Origin: Promethearchaeia archaeon | GTDB lineage: Archaea > Asgardarchaeota > Lokiarchaeia > Sigyniarchaeales > SOKP01 | Direction of reading: 5' to 3' | Assembly (NCBI GenBank): GCA_029856105.1 | Contig: JAHQWH010000009.1 | Coordinates: 1-62,833 of the forward strand | DNA length: 62,833 bases | In this document: positions 59,450 through 62,833 of the stretch, in pieces | Position numbering within the stretch: the stretch's first letter is position 1 | How the letters are laid out: the number at the start of each line of letters is the position of its first letter | The notes under the pieces: model-generated | What the model was told of the DNA's origin: nothing | Databases searched by the model: none | The model's input: the letters and a program-made list of their open reading frames with translations, nothing else | Translations under genes and position numbers: made by a program

Positions 59450-60670
59450 ATGTTAATATCATTCCCTAACATGGGGCCTAACTGGGTAGCTTTTAAAACG
59501 CTATTTACAAGCCTTGGTCTAGATGTTGTAGTTCCAGATCCAACGAATCGAGAAGCGATAAAGATTGGAGTCAAGTATTCCCCCGAATTCGTGTGCTTCC
59601 CGTTTAAAGCGACTATTGGAGATTTCGTGAATGCTATAGAAAAGGGAGCAGATACGCTAATCATGGCAATAGATTGCGGACCGTGTAGATTTGGCTTTTA
59701 CGCGAGCGTTCAAGAACGCATTTTAAAAGATATGGGTTATAAAGACATTACGGTTATCCCCCTTGACCAAGCAGACCTTTTAGATTTTAAATGGGTCAAA
59801 ACTCTTCAAGAAGTTAGCGGTCGAAAGGATTTATTTATGTATTCAAAATTCGTTAAGGCTGTTATTATTTTTCTAAAGAAAGCTAAACTGTTAAACGATA
59901 TTCAAACTGCCGAAGGTATCTTCCGAGCTTACGAGCGTAATCAAGGAGATACAACGGATTTGATTAAAAACTTATTGGATAAGCTTGATCAAGCTAATAC
60001 GCTCCCAGAATTGAGAAAATTTAAAAGCGTTATTAAGCAAGATTTTAGCAATTTAGATATTGATAAAACCCGAACTCCTCTACGGGTGGGTGTTTCGGGG
60101 GAGATTCACATTAACTTGGAACCCTATGTAAATTTAGATATCCGTAGAAAGCTGGGTGAGATGAACATTGAAGTACACCAAAGCTTGAGCTTATACGATT
60201 GGGTCGTCCATAAATTCCATTTAAATTATCACAGAAAGTGGTTGGAACACCTTTCCCATCCATACATGCCCATGGACATTGGCGGTGAAAGTTTTGAGCT
60301 TTTAGCTTAAAACCATCTTTGCCAATGGGTGTTAGGTGAATATATAGACAAAGCTCAAGCGGGGTTTGATGGCTTCGTTCATCAATATCCGTTCTTATGC
60401 CTCCCCGAAGTGACGGCTCGGACGATTTTAACTAATAAACTTAAGGGAATTTACGATCTTCCCATCATTTACTTCTCTTTCGACGAACAGAGTGGATTAG
60501 GTGGCTTCAGAACTAGGTTAGAAGCATTTTCAGATCTAATGTATGGTCGTAGGAATAAAGAAATTGAAACTAACGCCAAATTCATATCAAATGGTAATAA
60601 AAAGATTTATCCGCATTATGGCAATTTATTTTATAATGAATGCGTTCAATTAATTCAAAATTCGGTTTAA
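59450..60670 (+). CDS. 2-hydroxyacyl-CoA dehydratase-like / PlsR-like subunit interrupted by a 30-nt BHB intron; join(59450..60289, 60320..60670), 396 aa
   Basis: The two track ORFs (59450-60310, 60329-60670) are halves of one protein; the spliced junction PMDIGGE^CQWVLGEY aligns without gaps to paralog PMDCGGEAQWNMGSY. Confidence 0.9.
60290..60319 (+). other. Putative mRNA intron, 30 nt (AGUUUUGAGCUUUUAGCUUAAAACCAUCUU), canonical bulge-helix-bulge
   Basis: Outer helix CAUUGGC/GCCAAUG, bulge UU^U, central GGUG/CAUC, bulge AA^A, inner stem GUUUUGAGC/GCUUAAAAC; contains an in-frame UAA. Confidence 0.9.
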
Positions 60671-60688
60671 TAATAAAAGTGAGATTAT

Positions 60689-61714
60689 ATGGTTGAAGTT
60701 ACTGAAAAAATTGCTAAAGAGAGGAAAAAAAAAGATGCTTTCCTTGGTATTGACATAGGAAGCGTGAGTTGCAAATTCGTTCTAATGGATAAAGATGGAA
60801 ATTTACTTACCAGCGTATTTTTACGAAATAGAGGTTCTCCCATCGACTCAGCCAAGGCAGGAATGGCAGGGTTACGCGATAACATAGAACAAAGTGAAAA
60901 TTTAGGCGACTACGAGATACGTTGCTGTGGTACTACTGGTTCGGCACGGTATTTAACAAAAGCAATCGTAGGTGCCGATCTCGCTAAAACTGAGATAATA
61001 GCTCACGCTGTTGCAGCACAGACCATCTATCCCGATGTAAGAACGATTTTAGAAATTGGTGGTCAAGATTCGAAAATAATTCTTCTACGGGACGGAATAA
61101 TTGTAGATTTTGCGATGAATTCTGTGTGCGCTGCGGGAACGGGTTCTTTTCTCGATCATCAAGCAGCGAGACTTGGGATTCCTATAGAGGAGTTTGGCGC
61201 TTACGCTGTAAAATCGAAAAATCCTGTGAGTATAGCTGGAAGATGTACTGTATTTGCAGAATCCGATATGATTCACAAGCAAAATGCGGGGTATTCTAAA
61301 GAAGATATTATTGCTGGTTTATGCGATTCACTTGTTCGCAATTATATGAACAATGTAGGTAAGGGTAAAACCTTGGAAGAACCTATTGTGTTCCAAGGCG
61401 GCGTTTCTTACAACAAAGGGATCATTGAAGCATTTGAAAGACATTTAGGTTGCAAAGTAATTGTTCCTAAATATAACGTCCTAATGGGGGCTTTAGGAAT
61501 GGCAATTTTAGTTAGAGATTTCTATTTAGAGAACGAACATCAAACTGTATTTCGAGGACTCGAAGTAGCTGAAATTGAATTCACGACCTCAGCGTTCAAC
61601 TGTGGAGACTGCCCCAATAATTGCGAAATAGTCCAAGTAAAGATGCCCCAAGAGGGAAATAAAATTATAGCTCGCTGGGGCTCTCGTTGTGGTAAATGGG
61701 ATCAAGTAGATTAA
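60689..61714 (+). CDS. Acyl-CoA dehydratase activase (BadF/BadG/BcrA/BcrD ATPase, Fe-S)
   Basis: GIDIGSVSCK, EIGGQDSK, CAAGTG, RCTVFAES, CGDCPNNC. Confidence 0.93.
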   Translation: MVEVTEKIAKERKKKDAFLGIDIGSVSCKFVLMDKDGNLLTSVFLRNRGSPIDSAKAGMAGLRDNIEQSENLGDYEIRCCGTTGSARYLTKAIVGADLAKTEIIAHAVAAQTIYPDVRTILEIGGQDSKIILLRDGIIVDFAMNSVCAAGTGSFLDHQAARLGIPIEEFGAYAVKSKNPVSIAGRCTVFAESDMIHKQNAGYSKEDIIAGLCDSLVRNYMNNVGKGKTLEEPIVFQGGVSYNKGIIEAFERHLGCKVIVPKYNVLMGALGMAILVRDFYLENEHQTVFRGLEVAEIEFTTSAFNCGDCPNNCEIVQVKMPQEGNKIIARWGSRCGKWDQVD

Positions 61715-61875
61715 TTTCGAGTTTTATATTCTGATCTTTTGATAACATACTTTTCAAACTATTATTGTATTTACAATCTTTAAATTAGATAAATGAATAT
61801 TTGAATAAAATAAGAAAAAGCATATCTACTAAAGTTATTAAAATATTGTCCAATTTTTAATAAAAGAGAAGTAAA

Positions 61876-62070
61876 ATGACAGAATTTTTTAAGCAATTAA
61901 AAGACTTGGGCGGGGAATTTCTCGAGTCCTTGCAACATAAAACAAAATTATCGACAATATTTGATATTTATTTAGAAAAAGTAATCCCTTCATTTGTTTC
62001 CGAAAAAGAGTTAAAGGAATATTACGAGAGACGGATGGAGGAAGTTAATAATTTCATAGACAAACTATAA
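61876..62070 (+). CDS. Small helical hypothetical protein
   Basis: 64 aa, co-oriented within the lipid cluster. Confidence 0.6.
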   Translation: MTEFFKQLKDLGGEFLESLQHKTKLSTIFDIYLEKVIPSFVSEKELKEYYERRMEEVNNFIDKL

Positions 62071-62084
62071 ACGAGGGGAAAATA

Positions 62085-62780
62085 ATGGTTGAAACATCTT
62101 CCGAGGAGAATGAAACGAAAGGAAAAGATAAGGTGCTTAGTAAGAATCTTATGGAAGATATTTTTTACGCAGTTACCAAAGGTTTAGGAAACTTTGGTTT
62201 AACGGCATTCGCAGACTTACAAATTGAAGGGCGGGAAAATGTACCTATTATGGGAAGAGCGATTTTAACTACGATTAGCCACAACGCGTTAAGAGATATG
62301 GCGATTATAAGTCAAGTTACTGGACGAAGAGTTCACTTTATGGTCCATCATAAACTAATGAAGAATCAAATGTACGGCCCCGTTCTTAAGTCGTTAGGCA
62401 TGTTTCGCAGTACCCTCGATAAGGACGATACTATACCTATAGATAAAGTGTTCCACTATCTTAACGAAGTTGGGGATCTTGTAGCCATGACGCCGGAATC
62501 AAAACTTACACCCGAAATTCAGGTGAAAGCAATGGCGGGAATCATTAAATTTGCGGTTGCTGGAAAAGCGCCTATAATCCCCATAGCAATATACACGGAA
62601 AACGCGAAAATTTTAGGTATGTTTAAAACACAGGGGTTAAGAGTAAAAATCGGGACCCCACTTAAGGTAGAGAAACGATTGTCTCGACCAAAATATCGAG
62701 ATGAGAGATACGAACTCGCTGAGGATATATTAAGAATTATTGATTCCCTTAAACCACAACCCGATAATGAATTAGAATAA
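62085..62780 (+). CDS. Divergent PlsC-type acyltransferase
   Basis: IEGRENVP, SHNALRD, TPES (for PEG), APIIPIAI, VKIGTP. Confidence 0.8.
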   Translation: MVETSSEENETKGKDKVLSKNLMEDIFYAVTKGLGNFGLTAFADLQIEGRENVPIMGRAILTTISHNALRDMAIISQVTGRRVHFMVHHKLMKNQMYGPVLKSLGMFRSTLDKDDTIPIDKVFHYLNEVGDLVAMTPESKLTPEIQVKAMAGIIKFAVAGKAPIIPIAIYTENAKILGMFKTQGLRVKIGTPLKVEKRLSRPKYRDERYELAEDILRIIDSLKPQPDNELE

Positions 62781-62833
62781 AATTAAACATAAAAATGAGG
62801 TTTTATTATGGAAAAGAGCCAAAGTTCAGAACT

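Noticed and set aside
60308-60310. Stop read-through or selenocysteine as the explanation for the split gene
   Set aside because: The stop is UAA, and read-through would leave a 10-residue insert absent from the paralog; BHB splicing fits exactly.
2056-61282. Many short antisense/overlapping ORFs in the track (e.g. 2056-2427, 10871-11608, 31320-31763, 50479-51312, 56134-56520)
   Set aside because: Shadows of well-supported genes on the opposite strand with no recognisable motifs.
1-62833. CRISPR arrays, tRNA/rRNA genes, IS elements
   Set aside because: No regularly spaced repeats, GC-rich structured RNA blocks or transposase ORFs were seen by eye; a covariance-model scan would be needed to exclude small RNAs.

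Overview
AT-rich archaeal chromosomal segment, very probably from an Asgard archaeon (Lokiarchaeia/Promethearchaeota). It carries four Rab-like GTPases, a longin-Arf-like GTPase fusion, stand-alone and membrane-fused longin-like domains, a gelsolin-domain protein, a V4R protein, an ESCRT-II (EAP30)-like protein and a beta-helix protein with an IPGY-TM (Loki-CTERM-like) tail, plus fatty-acid beta-oxidation genes, nadB, tryptophanase and MFS transporters. No rRNA, tRNA, CRISPR array or transposase was seen. Main discovery: two genes that the ORF track shows as broken (an LMW phosphatase at 15323-15828 and a 2-hydroxyacyl-CoA-dehydratase-like subunit at 59450-60670) each contain a tiny insert (20 nt and 30 nt) that folds into a bulge-helix-bulge (BHB) motif. 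Cutting after the second nucleotide of each bulge, the archaeal tRNA-splicing endonuclease rule, restores the reading frame and the conserved motif exactly. These look like endonuclease-spliced mRNA introns in Asgard protein-coding genes. The right end holds a lipid cluster (SCP2, HAD, tandem PlsC, split PlsA/PlsR/Ger-like ester-reductase subunits). It is interrupted by a ~9 kb mosaic insert with a second subunit set, a DHCR24/TmsA-like flavoprotein fusion and a LAGLIDADG + toxin-tip protein with a candidate immunity gene. All assignments come from motif recognition by eye; no database searches were run.
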